The translations under genes were made by a program, and so were the position numbers. Positions 36,214 to 45,564 of a stretch of DNA of 64,000 nucleotides are shown one piece after another. The notes beneath the pieces are model-generated. The model saw nothing but the letters and a program-made list of their open reading frames with translations, was not told the origin of the DNA and ran no database searches. The stretch's first letter is position 1. Each line of letters opens with the position of its first letter. The DNA is from Treponemataceae bacterium (GTDB lineage: Bacteria > Spirochaetota > Spirochaetia > Treponematales > Rectinemataceae): assembly GCA_963678065.2 (NCBI GenBank), contig CAXXVZ010000005.1, positions 928,001 through 992,000 on the forward strand, read 5' to 3'.

Positions 36214-37184
36214 CTCGCGTCCCCCGCACGGCGCACAAGCGCCGCGCCGCCGAGGAATCGCTCGACTTCGACTTCCGACGGGATGCCCTTCCGTCCGCCT
36301 GGCCTCGAACACTTGATGGCCGAACTCGCGCTCGCGAAGCGGACGCAATCCTCTAGCGGCATCCCTCGCAGATAACGGTGCGCGAAGGCCCCGTGAAACA
36401 CATCGCCCGCGGCGTTCGTGCTGACGACAGGTCCCGGCGCCTCGAAACAAGGGTAGCGCCGCACCGCGCCGCCTTCGAGGTAAAACCCGCCCTTCTCTCC
36501 CTGGGTGACGACGAATATTCCGGGACGGTATTTCTCCATGATGCGGAACGCCGCGGTTTCCGGATTCGCGGAGTGACCGAACTCGGTCACGAAAGCTTCG
36601 GATGCGATGAGGATCTCCGTGAAGGCCAGGACTCTCTCGATGCCGGGGTAGGGACTGCCCGCGTCCAGAAGCACTTTCGTCCCCGCCGCCCGGGCGATGG
36701 CCGAGGCGCGCGCGGCCGCATCGATGTGGTTTCCGTCGAGGTAGAGCATGCGGGCTCCCGCCACCGCGGCCTCCGGGAGTTCGCCGGGTTCGAGCGACGG
36801 AACCGTGCCTTTCGTCCAGAGGATTGTCCTGGATGATGTCTTCTTCGAATTGATGACGACGGCCGAACCAGCGACGAGTCCCGGCTTCATGACGACGAGG
36901 GAGGTATCGACGCCATAGCGCGAGAAGTCTTCGAGCATGGCCGCCGAATAGGCGTCATCGGAGAAAACGCCGAGGAAGGCCGCCCTGGCTCCCATCCGCG
37001 CCGCGGCGACGAGGCCGGTCGCCGCGGGCCCTCCGCAGTGGAAGGACTGGGCGTCGATCCTGAGCTTCGTGTCCTCATCCGGGTATTCGGACGCGTCGAG
37101 CACGATGTCGTAGAGAGAGGCCCCGATGGCGACGATATCGTAGCCCCGATGGCGATCCAGATCCCCGCCGGATGCCGGAATCAT
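36210..37184 (-). CDS. PfkB-family sugar kinase (YihV/sulfofructose-kinase-like)
   Basis: GGPAATGLVAAARMG, VTQGEKG, STNAAGDVFHGAF. Confidence 0.87.
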   Translation of the reverse strand: MIPASGGDLDRHRGYDIVAIGASLYDIVLDASEYPDEDTKLRIDAQSFHCGGPAATGLVAAARMGARAAFLGVFSDDAYSAAMLEDFSRYGVDTSLVVMKPGLVAGSAVVINSKKTSSRTILWTKGTVPSLEPGELPEAAVAGARMLYLDGNHIDAAARASAIARAAGTKVLLDAGSPYPGIERVLAFTEILIASEAFVTEFGHSANPETAAFRIMEKYRPGIFVVTQGEKGGFYLEGGAVRRYPCFEAPGPVVSTNAAGDVFHGAFAHRYLRGMPLEDCVRFASASSAIKCSRPGGRKGIPSEVEVERFLGGAALVRRAGDAR

Positions 37185-38026
37185 GCCTTCCCCCCCGATC
37201 CGAAGACGCTTATCCTGTCGGCGACGAATTCGTCGATGCAGGACTTCGCGGCCAGAAGGAAGATATCCAGAGGCTTCGAATAGACGGGATCGTCGGAGGC
37301 GAGACTCCTGAATCCGCGATAGAAGGCCTGGCAAATGTCGGTCGCGACGTTGACCTTGCGTATTCCCGCGGCTATCGCCTTGCGGATTTCGGCGTCGGGG
37401 ATTCCCGAGCCGCCGTGGAGCACGAGAGGCAGACCCGCGCGTTTTTTGATGGCCGCGATGCGCTCTATGTCGAGCTTGGGCTCGATTTTGTAGGCGCCGT
37501 GAGCCGAGCCGACCATCACGGCCAGCGCGTCCACTTTCGTCCTCTCCACGAATTCCGCGGCGGCTTCCGGATCGGTGAAGGTCGAGCTGTCGATCTCCTG
37601 GTCAGCCCTGCCGACATGGCCCAACTCAGCCTCGACGCTGACGTCCACATGCCGGGCCAGGCGGACGATGCCGGCGGTCAGTTCGACATTGCGCTCGAAG
37701 TCGAGCTCGGATCCGTCTATCATCACGCTCGTGTAACCGTTGCGTATCGCCCTCATGACTTCGCGTTCCCCGGCCCCGTGGTCGAGGTGAAGGGCGACGG
37801 GAAGCCTGGAACGCGAGACCATGGCCCCGACGCAGACGGAGACATTCATCGCGTCGCGCGACGAAAAGAGTCGGTTGTAGACCTGTACGATCACGGGCGA
37901 ACGAAGTCTCTCGGCTGTCCGTATGATGGATTCGGCCGTTTCGACGTTGTAGGCGTTGAACGCGGGTACGGCATAGCCGCCGCGTTCGGCTTCGGTCATG
38001 AGTTCGACGAGTGAAACCAGTGCCAT
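37181..38026 (-). CDS. Class II ketose-phosphate aldolase
   Basis: AVPAFN, LHLDHG, SVMIDGS, VEAELG, GSAHG, LVLHGGSG, KVNVAT. Confidence 0.92.
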   Translation of the reverse strand: MALVSLVELMTEAERGGYAVPAFNAYNVETAESIIRTAERLRSPVIVQVYNRLFSSRDAMNVSVCVGAMVSRSRLPVALHLDHGAGEREVMRAIRNGYTSVMIDGSELDFERNVELTAGIVRLARHVDVSVEAELGHVGRADQEIDSSTFTDPEAAAEFVERTKVDALAVMVGSAHGAYKIEPKLDIERIAAIKKRAGLPLVLHGGSGIPDAEIRKAIAAGIRKVNVATDICQAFYRGFRSLASDDPVYSKPLDIFLLAAKSCIDEFVADRISVFGSGGKA

Positions 38027-38047
38027 TGCAGTGCGCTCCTTTGTCGT

Positions 38048-39442
38048 TTACATCGCATCCAGGGCCAGGCCCGGGACGAACTTGCAGAACTCCGCGAGCG
38101 CTTCGGTGTAGTCGCCCTCGATCTCCGCCATGTGGTGGATGTACGGCCCCTCGATGAGCTTCTTCTCCAGCGCGGGGAGGTTGGGAAACTTCGCCCAGAG
38201 GTAGTTGCCGAAAGTGTAGGGGCCCGCGGTCGTCCCGAAACTTCCCTCGAGAAGCGAATAGTTCCCCTTCAGCGCGTCCATCCGGGCTATCGTATAATGC
38301 CCGTCCTTGAGCTGGAAATTGCACTTGAAGTTGAAGACCGAGGCATTCACCTCCGGTTTCTTGAGCGAATAGGCCACGGGACCGCAGTGCCACAGAAGTT
38401 CCGCGTTCGGATCCTCCGGATGGCGCACGGTGAATTCGATGAAGAAGGGTTTTTTTACGCCCCGGCTCGCGGCGGAGAGGAGGGCCATCGTGATCGCGCC
38501 GTGGATGTCGGATTCGCAGGTCACGATGATCCCTTCATCCGCGATTTCGCTCATGGCGCAGCAGGGCATCGCGTCCACCGCGATCTGCATCGCCGTCCAG
38601 CACTCGGTGGAGATGACATCGCAGCCGGTCTCTTCGCGGATTTCGCGGTACAGGCGCTTGAAGGCCATCATCCTGGCGAGCTGTTCGTCGGGGATCGCGC
38701 CGACATCGTAGCGCGACTTGAACGAGGCCACGGCCGCGGCGAGTTCCTCGCGGGACGACTCCATGATCGCTGCGTGTTTCTTGATCACAAGGGCGAGATT
38801 CACGGGAATGACCTGGATCCGGAATTTTTCCATGAGCTCGGCCTCGTTCACCATGACGCTGGCGAAGGGTTTCGGCCGGCAGCCCACCTGGGCGACCTTG
38901 AGTCCCTTGAAATTTTTCACCATGCAGGCGACGGACAGGAATTTCTGAAAATCCTTCCCGAACACGGGATCGGTGACACGGCAGTTCTCGATGTGGCTGA
39001 AGGGCACATCGCAGCGGTGCAGGTATTTCGCCATGGCGAAGAGCCCGCATTGGGCGTCCGTGTACCTCGTCCCATCCGGCTCGAAATGGATGTCCTTGGG
39101 CGCCCAGATCAGAACAGGAACGCCGCAGGCCGCCGCAAGCTGGCCCGCGGCCTCCTCGTTGCCGAAATTGCAGTTGATAAGGAAGAGAGCGTCGATCTTC
39201 TCCCTCGCGAAACGCTCGGCCACAGCGGGAACATCCCGCTCGTCGTACAAAAGGCCTTCCTCATTGAGATACTCCAGGTCGACAAACGATATCGAGTCGT
39301 CGCTCCCGAACGTGTTTCGAAGCCAGGCGAGCACTTCCGTCTTGCTTGCCCGCGCATAGTCCTGGTTGAAAATACCTGTTCTCTTGCCCGGCAAATTCCT
39401 GCGTATGGGCGCAAGGCCTATTCTCACGGTGTAATCAAGCAT
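38048..39442 (-). CDS. L-fucose/L-arabinose isomerase-family protein, SftI/SqvD-like
   Basis: NEEGLLYD, CNFGNE, DAQCGLFA, CESDIHGAIT, LLWHCG, LIEGPYIHH; GAGGAGG RBS. Confidence 0.85.
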   Translation of the reverse strand: MLDYTVRIGLAPIRRNLPGKRTGIFNQDYARASKTEVLAWLRNTFGSDDSISFVDLEYLNEEGLLYDERDVPAVAERFAREKIDALFLINCNFGNEEAAGQLAAACGVPVLIWAPKDIHFEPDGTRYTDAQCGLFAMAKYLHRCDVPFSHIENCRVTDPVFGKDFQKFLSVACMVKNFKGLKVAQVGCRPKPFASVMVNEAELMEKFRIQVIPVNLALVIKKHAAIMESSREELAAAVASFKSRYDVGAIPDEQLARMMAFKRLYREIREETGCDVISTECWTAMQIAVDAMPCCAMSEIADEGIIVTCESDIHGAITMALLSAASRGVKKPFFIEFTVRHPEDPNAELLWHCGPVAYSLKKPEVNASVFNFKCNFQLKDGHYTIARMDALKGNYSLLEGSFGTTAGPYTFGNYLWAKFPNLPALEKKLIEGPYIHHMAEIEGDYTEALAEFCKFVPGLALDAM

Positions 39443-39485
39443 CGGGAACCTCCTCAAAGTGTCTTCCGGGCTAGGATACATCTAC

Positions 39486-39500
39486 TGTAGCAAAATTACA
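39486..39500. promoter_or_regulatory. Putative RpiR operator upstream of the isomerase operon
   Basis: TGTAGCAAAATTACA matches the palindromes at 26037 and 26277. Confidence 0.5.
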
Positions 39501-39895
39501 ACTTATTTTGTAAAATTCTGATTGATAATGATAATATTCTAAAAATATCACTCCCGCGGCAATCCCATTTTTTACTGACGGGTTATGACAAAGAAGCCGA
39601 CGCCACGCAGCATCCCATCGGAAAAATCGCCATTTCTGCATGTTTTCTATAATATTCAACAAAATACTCCGACAAAGGAGGAAGAATACACAGGATTTCA
39701 TGCAAAACCCCCGCTTGGCTGCTCAAAATCTCTGACCGGAATCACTCCCGCGGCACAGCTGAAAAGGTCATTTGGAATATCGGTTACATTAATCAAAAAA
39801 ATAACTTGTAAAAAAGTTTTATGCATGGTACACTATTTCTGGATGTGAGCTACAAGAGTTTTCACAGTCGCGCTCACAACCGGGGGTGCCAGCCA

Positions 39896-40714
39896 ATGAG
39901 TTACAAAAAAACATATGTCCGTCACGAGGGATACACTTCGCTCTGCGGGCCGGAAAACTCCTCGCTCGGAATGCTTCGCTTCGGGATGATCGACCTTTCG
40001 GCCGCCACTGTACTCACATTCGATACCGAGGAAACCGAGACAGCCTTCATTGTGCTTTCCGGAACCTGCGACATCGAATCGGACTCGATCTCCTGGAAAG
40101 ATGTGGGCCGCCGCAGAACGGTGTTCGAGGGCAAAGCCTTCTCAGCCTATCTGCCGAGAAGGACAAAAGTCGCGATACGGGCCACAACCAAGGTTAAAAT
40201 AGCCGTCGTCCAGTCCCCCATCGCCGAGGATACGCCCCCGACGCTCGTGAAGCCCGAGGATGTGAAGACCGCGGTGCTCGGAAAGCCGACCTGGATGCGC
40301 GACACCCACTTCATCGTCGACGATCGCGTCCCCTCCAAACGCCTCTATGTCGGCGAAGCCTTCATCAATCCCGGCAACTGGGCCGGATTCCCGCCGCACA
40401 AGCACGATGTCGACGACATGCCGGACGAGGCCATCCTCGAGGAAGTCTACTATTACCTGTTCGAACCCTCGCAGGGCTTTGCGATGCAGCGGCTGTACAC
40501 CGCGGACGGATCGATCGACGAAGCCTATGTGGTAAAGAGCGACGATCTCGTCGAATTCCCCAGAGGCTACCACCCTGTCGTGAATGCTCCCGGGTACACC
40601 TGCTACTTCCTGTGGGCGATGGCCGGAGAACACCGGGGCTTCTTCCGCCGCAGCGACCCGGAGCACGAATGGGTCTCGGCCCTGGAAACCTATCTCAAAA
40701 AGAACGGCATGTAG
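39896..40714 (+). CDS. iolB: IolB/KduI-family isomerase (5-deoxy-glucuronate isomerase-like)
   Basis: GRRRTVFEG, GNWAGFPPHKHD, LEEVYYY, PRGYHPV. Confidence 0.85.
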   Translation: MSYKKTYVRHEGYTSLCGPENSSLGMLRFGMIDLSAATVLTFDTEETETAFIVLSGTCDIESDSISWKDVGRRRTVFEGKAFSAYLPRRTKVAIRATTKVKIAVVQSPIAEDTPPTLVKPEDVKTAVLGKPTWMRDTHFIVDDRVPSKRLYVGEAFINPGNWAGFPPHKHDVDDMPDEAILEEVYYYLFEPSQGFAMQRLYTADGSIDEAYVVKSDDLVEFPRGYHPVVNAPGYTCYFLWAMAGEHRGFFRRSDPEHEWVSALETYLKKNGM

Positions 40715-40822
40715 ACTCCGGACCGCCGCGACCTCCGGAAAGATTTTGGGCGGGTTTTGCGCGTGGCTGTATGACGGCCTTCATGGCCGCGTTTATACGG
40801 ATATTTCACAAGGAGGAGAGAG

Positions 40823-42094
40823 ATGAAAGGCAAACTGTTACTGGCAGCGCTGATCCTTTCGCTGTTCGGACTGCCCCAGGTTTTCGCTCAAGGCAAGCTT
40901 TCGGGCAAAGTCGTCATCTATCACTACATGTCGCAGAAAGTGAAGAACGAAGGCTTGGCCGCCCTCGAGAACGAATTCAAAAAGACCTATCCCGATGTCA
41001 CCTTCGAGAACAACCTCGTCGTGCAGACGAACTACTTCAGCACGATCCGCCAGCTGGTCGCCGCGGGTGAGACCCCCGACATCATCATGGGACAGCCCTC
41101 CCAGTATCCGGACATCATAGCGACCGGGGCCATCAAGGATCAGACAAACGAATCCTTCGTCAAATCCGCGAGCCTTTCGAAGGGCGATATCAACGATTCT
41201 TCCTATCAGGGCAAGATGTACGCCTTCCCCTTCGATTTCAAGTCATACGGAATTTTCTACAACAAAGAGATCTTCAAGAGACTCGGCCTCTCCGTTCCCA
41301 AAAACCACGCCGAACTCATCGCCGTCGCCGAGAAACTCAAGGCGGCGGGCATCGACCCCTTCATCCGCTGCTACGCCGACCAGGTTTTCCCGGACATCGA
41401 AGTCAGGGCCTACTTCTGGGCCACCCTCATCAAGAGCGGGCAGACCGACGCGTGGAAGCAACTCATGGCCGGCAAGAAGAAATTCGCCGACTATCCTGAG
41501 TGGACGAAAGCCCTCGAACTCTGGACCCAGCGGATGAAGTTCTCCAGGATCGACGACATGGTCAACGACCAGAGCAAGTCCTACGACCTCTTCGTGGGAG
41601 CCAAGGGCGCGATGCTCTACCAGGGCACCTGGAGCGCGGGCGACATCATGGCGCGCAATCCCAAGTTCGACATCGGATTCTTCGCAATCCCGACGGACAG
41701 GGGCGCAGGGAACTTCTGTCTCCAGGTAGACGACCTGTACATGGTGAACGGCCAGTCGGCCGGCGGCAAGATCGCCCAGAAGTTCATGGAGTTCTGCATG
41801 ACCCCGGCCGCGGCCACCATCTGGTCCAAAATCACCCTGCAGCCGAGCCTCGTGGCCGGCGTTGACACCAAGCCGCTTCCCGCATTCCTCCAGGACGTAA
41901 TCGCGGCCAAGGAAGCCAACCTCGTGGCCCATGCCGGCGAGTGGGACGCGCAGATCTACGGCGAGTTCGTCACCACATACCGCATGCTCCTCCAGGAGTA
42001 CGCCGCGGACCAGCTGTCCACGAAAAAGCTGACTCCTGCAACTTTCACTGATAAAATGCAGAAGGCATGGGACGCCATCGTAGCGACGAAGTGA
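40823..42094 (+). CDS. Sugar ABC transporter substrate-binding protein
   Basis: Signal peptide, GETPDI, FYNKEIF, AMLYQGTW. Confidence 0.9.
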   Translation: MKGKLLLAALILSLFGLPQVFAQGKLSGKVVIYHYMSQKVKNEGLAALENEFKKTYPDVTFENNLVVQTNYFSTIRQLVAAGETPDIIMGQPSQYPDIIATGAIKDQTNESFVKSASLSKGDINDSSYQGKMYAFPFDFKSYGIFYNKEIFKRLGLSVPKNHAELIAVAEKLKAAGIDPFIRCYADQVFPDIEVRAYFWATLIKSGQTDAWKQLMAGKKKFADYPEWTKALELWTQRMKFSRIDDMVNDQSKSYDLFVGAKGAMLYQGTWSAGDIMARNPKFDIGFFAIPTDRGAGNFCLQVDDLYMVNGQSAGGKIAQKFMEFCMTPAAATIWSKITLQPSLVAGVDTKPLPAFLQDVIAAKEANLVAHAGEWDAQIYGEFVTTYRMLLQEYAADQLSTKKLTPATFTDKMQKAWDAIVATK

Positions 42095-42276
42095 CCGTTT
42101 CTCTCCCGGCGGCTGCCTCGGCCCCTCGGCCTTCCGGCCGACATCGCTGCCGGGAATTCGACATTCGACCCTAGAAGACACAAGCGCTCCGCGGCCGCAG
42201 GGATCCTACGATTCATGCGGCCGCCGCCGCAGTACGGCAAACAGGGACCATTCTGACGGGAAGGGGAATCTGCCAG

Positions 42277-43134
42277 ATGAGAAAGAAAGATTTTAGGAAG
42301 AATTTAACCTACATCATGTTCGTCCTGCCCGCGTTCGCGTTTTTCCTGATCATCTACGTGATCCCGTTCATCCAGGGAATCCCGTACTCGTTCACGAACT
42401 GGAATGGCGTCAGCAAGGTCTACCGCTTCGTCGGTCTGAACAATTACAAGGCTCTGTTGTTGAATTCCGATTTCAGGGATGTTTTGGGCAACACACTGTA
42501 CTTCACGGCTTTCTACCTCGTGCTCTGCAACGCGCTCGGCCTCATATTCGCGCTGCAGCTCAGCGGAAACACGCGTTTCAACGCCTTCCTGCGAAGCGTC
42601 TTCTTCATACCCTTCGTCGTCGCGCTCGTGACGACAGCCTTCATCTGGCGATACCTCTACATGGACGTGTACTCCGTCATCCTCAAGCTTCCGAGCCCCT
42701 TGGGCATCGTGAGCCAGGCGATGATGGGCATCGTCTTCAACGCGGTCTGGCGCGACACGGGCTACTGCATGATCATCTACATCGCCGCCCTCCAGACCGT
42801 TCCCATGGAATACTACGAAGCCGCCGACATCGACGGCGCGGGAAGGATGCGGAAATTCATGTCGATAACCGTGCCCTGCATAATGCCCGCATTCACCGCC
42901 AACATAACCCTCATCCTTGCATGGGGACTCAAGCTCTTCGACTACCCGATGGCCGCGACGAGCGGAGGCCCCGGACGGGCCACGATGAGCGTGGCGATGT
43001 ACGTGTACAACAATCAGTTCAGCTACATGAAGGCCGGCTACGGACAGGCCGCCGCGATCATGATGACGATCGTGATGGTCATCATGAGCAGCGCCGTCAA
43101 TGTCCTTCTCAGGCGAAAAGAGGTAGAAGCATGA
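42277..43134 (+). CDS. Sugar ABC transporter permease
   Basis: SFTNWNG, EAA motif YEAADIDGA. Confidence 0.92.
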   Translation: MRKKDFRKNLTYIMFVLPAFAFFLIIYVIPFIQGIPYSFTNWNGVSKVYRFVGLNNYKALLLNSDFRDVLGNTLYFTAFYLVLCNALGLIFALQLSGNTRFNAFLRSVFFIPFVVALVTTAFIWRYLYMDVYSVILKLPSPLGIVSQAMMGIVFNAVWRDTGYCMIIYIAALQTVPMEYYEAADIDGAGRMRKFMSITVPCIMPAFTANITLILAWGLKLFDYPMAATSGGPGRATMSVAMYVYNNQFSYMKAGYGQAAAIMMTIVMVIMSSAVNVLLRRKEVEA

Positions 43135-43982
43135 CGGCCGCACAGAGAAAGACACGGAAAACCATACTCTCCGCGTTCGCGAAAATCCCGATCGCCATCG
43201 TGGCGCTTTTCTGGATAGCGCCCTTCTACATCGCCGTCGTCTACTCGCTCAAGAGCAAAGAAGAGATCACCAACACCCTGTTCGCGTTTCCGACGCGGCT
43301 CTTTCTGGGAAATTTCCTTTCTGTCATAACCGAAAATCCGGCGTTCCTGAGCGGACTGAAAAACTCCATCATATCGACGATCATGACGGTCGCCATGCTC
43401 ACCATAATAACGCCGATGTGCTCGTACGTTCTCGCGAGGCGCAGCCACAGCAAGTTCTACGGATTCATCTACATGCTCATGGTCGGCGCCATCCTGATCC
43501 CCTGGCAGGGCATCATGTTCCCGGTGTACGTCAATTTCAAATCCTTCGGGCTCACCAACACGGTCTGGGGCTATGTCATCGCGCGAATCGGCTTCCAGGT
43601 TCCGATCTGCATCCTGACGATGACAGGCTTCGTGAAGGGCATCTCCGTCGACCTCGAGGAAGCGGCCACGATCGAGGGCGCGGGGGTCTTCACCGTGTTC
43701 TGGCGAATCGTCTATCCCCTCATGCTGCCGGTCAACATCACGATTTTCATGCTCAACATCGTCTTCGCCTGGAACGATTTCAACGTTGCCCTCACGATGC
43801 TGCCGAAGAGCTACAGCCGGACCCTGCCGCTCGCCCAGTTCTACTATTTCGGCGATACGAACCTGGAGATCAATCTCGCCTTCGCCTTCTTCATCCTCTC
43901 GATGCTGCCGATAATCATCATCTACCTGTTCTGCCAGAAGTATATCGTGCGCGGCATAACGAGCGGCGCGATCAAGGGCTAG
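43131..43982 (+). CDS. Sugar ABC transporter permease
   Basis: LEEAATIEGA, WNDF, QKYIVRGITSGAIKG. Confidence 0.92.
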   Translation: MTAAQRKTRKTILSAFAKIPIAIVALFWIAPFYIAVVYSLKSKEEITNTLFAFPTRLFLGNFLSVITENPAFLSGLKNSIISTIMTVAMLTIITPMCSYVLARRSHSKFYGFIYMLMVGAILIPWQGIMFPVYVNFKSFGLTNTVWGYVIARIGFQVPICILTMTGFVKGISVDLEEAATIEGAGVFTVFWRIVYPLMLPVNITIFMLNIVFAWNDFNVALTMLPKSYSRTLPLAQFYYFGDTNLEINLAFAFFILSMLPIIIIYLFCQKYIVRGITSGAIKG

Positions 43983-44071
43983 GAATCATATCGACGCATC
44001 CGGCACACTATGTCGACGCCCGGGACCGAAAACGCCGAACCGGGAGCGGAATACCGAGGACGGAGACTGTC

Positions 44072-45544
44072 ATGAAAATAGAAATACCCTTTGAATCCGG
44101 CCCCGTGGAGGCCGAACTCCCCGAGGGCACCAACATCCTGCGGATGGGCAGACATGCCCCGCCCACCGATCCCGGGGCCGCCGTGCGAGCCGCGCTGGCC
44201 GCACCGATCGGGAGCGATCCGCTGATCGCCATCGCGCGGCGCAAGCTGCGGCCTGGAGCCAGAGCCTGCATCGTCGTCTCCGACAAGACCCGCCCCGTGC
44301 CCTACAGGGGCCCGGGCGGCCTTCTGCTCCCTATTGTCGAGACACTCCATTCGGCGGGATACGCGTCGCGCGACATCACGATCCTCGTCGCCTGCGGCAT
44401 GCACACGGGGATGAGCCGCGAGGAACTCGTACGGATGCTAGGACCCGAGCCCTTCGATATGGGCATCGAGATTGTCAACCACGACTGCAAGGACGAAGAC
44501 TGCCTCGTTCACATCGGCCGGACTCTTCGGGGCACGGAGGCGCTGGTAAACCGCCGCTACATCGAGGCCGACCTGAAAATCCTCACTGGCCTCGTCGAGA
44601 GCCACTTCATGGCGGGAGCCTCCGGGGGCCGGAAATCCATATGCCCCGGACTTCTGGGCGAGGAAGGAACCCGGGTCTTCCACGGCGCCGAACTCATGTC
44701 ACACCAGAACACGGCGGACCTCGTCCTTCAAGGGAACCCGGTGCACGAGGAAGCGCTCGCGGTCGCGAAGTTGGCCGGCGCCGACTTCATCGCGAACGTG
44801 ATCGTCAATTCCGATTTCAGGATGACGGACATCTTCTGCGGCGAGCTCGAGGCGGCCCACGGCGCGGCCGTCGCCCGCCTGCGCGATCTTGTCGGCATCC
44901 CTGTCGACGAACCCTACGATCTCGTCGTCACGCACGGCGGATTCGTGGCGCAGAACCACTACCAGGCCGCCAAAGCCGCTGTCGCGTCGCTCGGTGCTCT
45001 TGCGACCTTGCGCGCGGACAGTGTCGGCAGCGCAGGCGGTGCGCAGGGGGCGGGCGGCGCACGCAGAGCGGATGGCGCTGACGGCGGCATCATCCTCGTG
45101 GCCGACAACAGAGACTCGGAGCCTGTGGGATCGGACCGATACCGCTGTGTACTCTCGCTCCTCAAGACTATCGGCCCGTACGCCCTGGATCGTGTCCTGG
45201 CCTCCCCCGACTGGAACTTCATACCCGACCAATGGGAAGTGCAGATGTGGGCGAAGGTGTTCAAGAGGGTGAAGATGGACGACTTCGTCTACTTCGCGCC
45301 CCAACTCGGCCCCGCCGACCGCCGCATCATCCCCGGCGTCGATGGCCGCGGACTTCTGGCCCCGGGCGCGCGCGGTGACCCGTGCGCCGAAGTGGCGGAG
45401 GTGGTCAGAAAGGCGGTATCGCGTTTCCTTGCCCGTCGGGGCATGACCGAGTCCGATGTGGCGTCCGGAAGAGTGAGAGTAGCGTGGCTGGCCGACGGAC
45501 CGTACGGGATACCGATAGGCCAGCTTCCGGGCGCGCGGGCGTGA
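44072..45544 (+). CDS. LarA-family nickel-pincer 2-hydroxyacid racemase/epimerase
   Basis: VSDKTRPVP, ACGMH, NHD, HFMAGASGGRKSICPG, GNPVH. Confidence 0.88.
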   Translation: MKIEIPFESGPVEAELPEGTNILRMGRHAPPTDPGAAVRAALAAPIGSDPLIAIARRKLRPGARACIVVSDKTRPVPYRGPGGLLLPIVETLHSAGYASRDITILVACGMHTGMSREELVRMLGPEPFDMGIEIVNHDCKDEDCLVHIGRTLRGTEALVNRRYIEADLKILTGLVESHFMAGASGGRKSICPGLLGEEGTRVFHGAELMSHQNTADLVLQGNPVHEEALAVAKLAGADFIANVIVNSDFRMTDIFCGELEAAHGAAVARLRDLVGIPVDEPYDLVVTHGGFVAQNHYQAAKAAVASLGALATLRADSVGSAGGAQGAGGARRADGADGGIILVADNRDSEPVGSDRYRCVLSLLKTIGPYALDRVLASPDWNFIPDQWEVQMWAKVFKRVKMDDFVYFAPQLGPADRRIIPGVDGRGLLAPGARGDPCAEVAEVVRKAVSRFLARRGMTESDVASGRVRVAWLADGPYGIPIGQLPGARA

Positions 45545-45564
45545 TATGGAGTGGCTAGCCGGCT

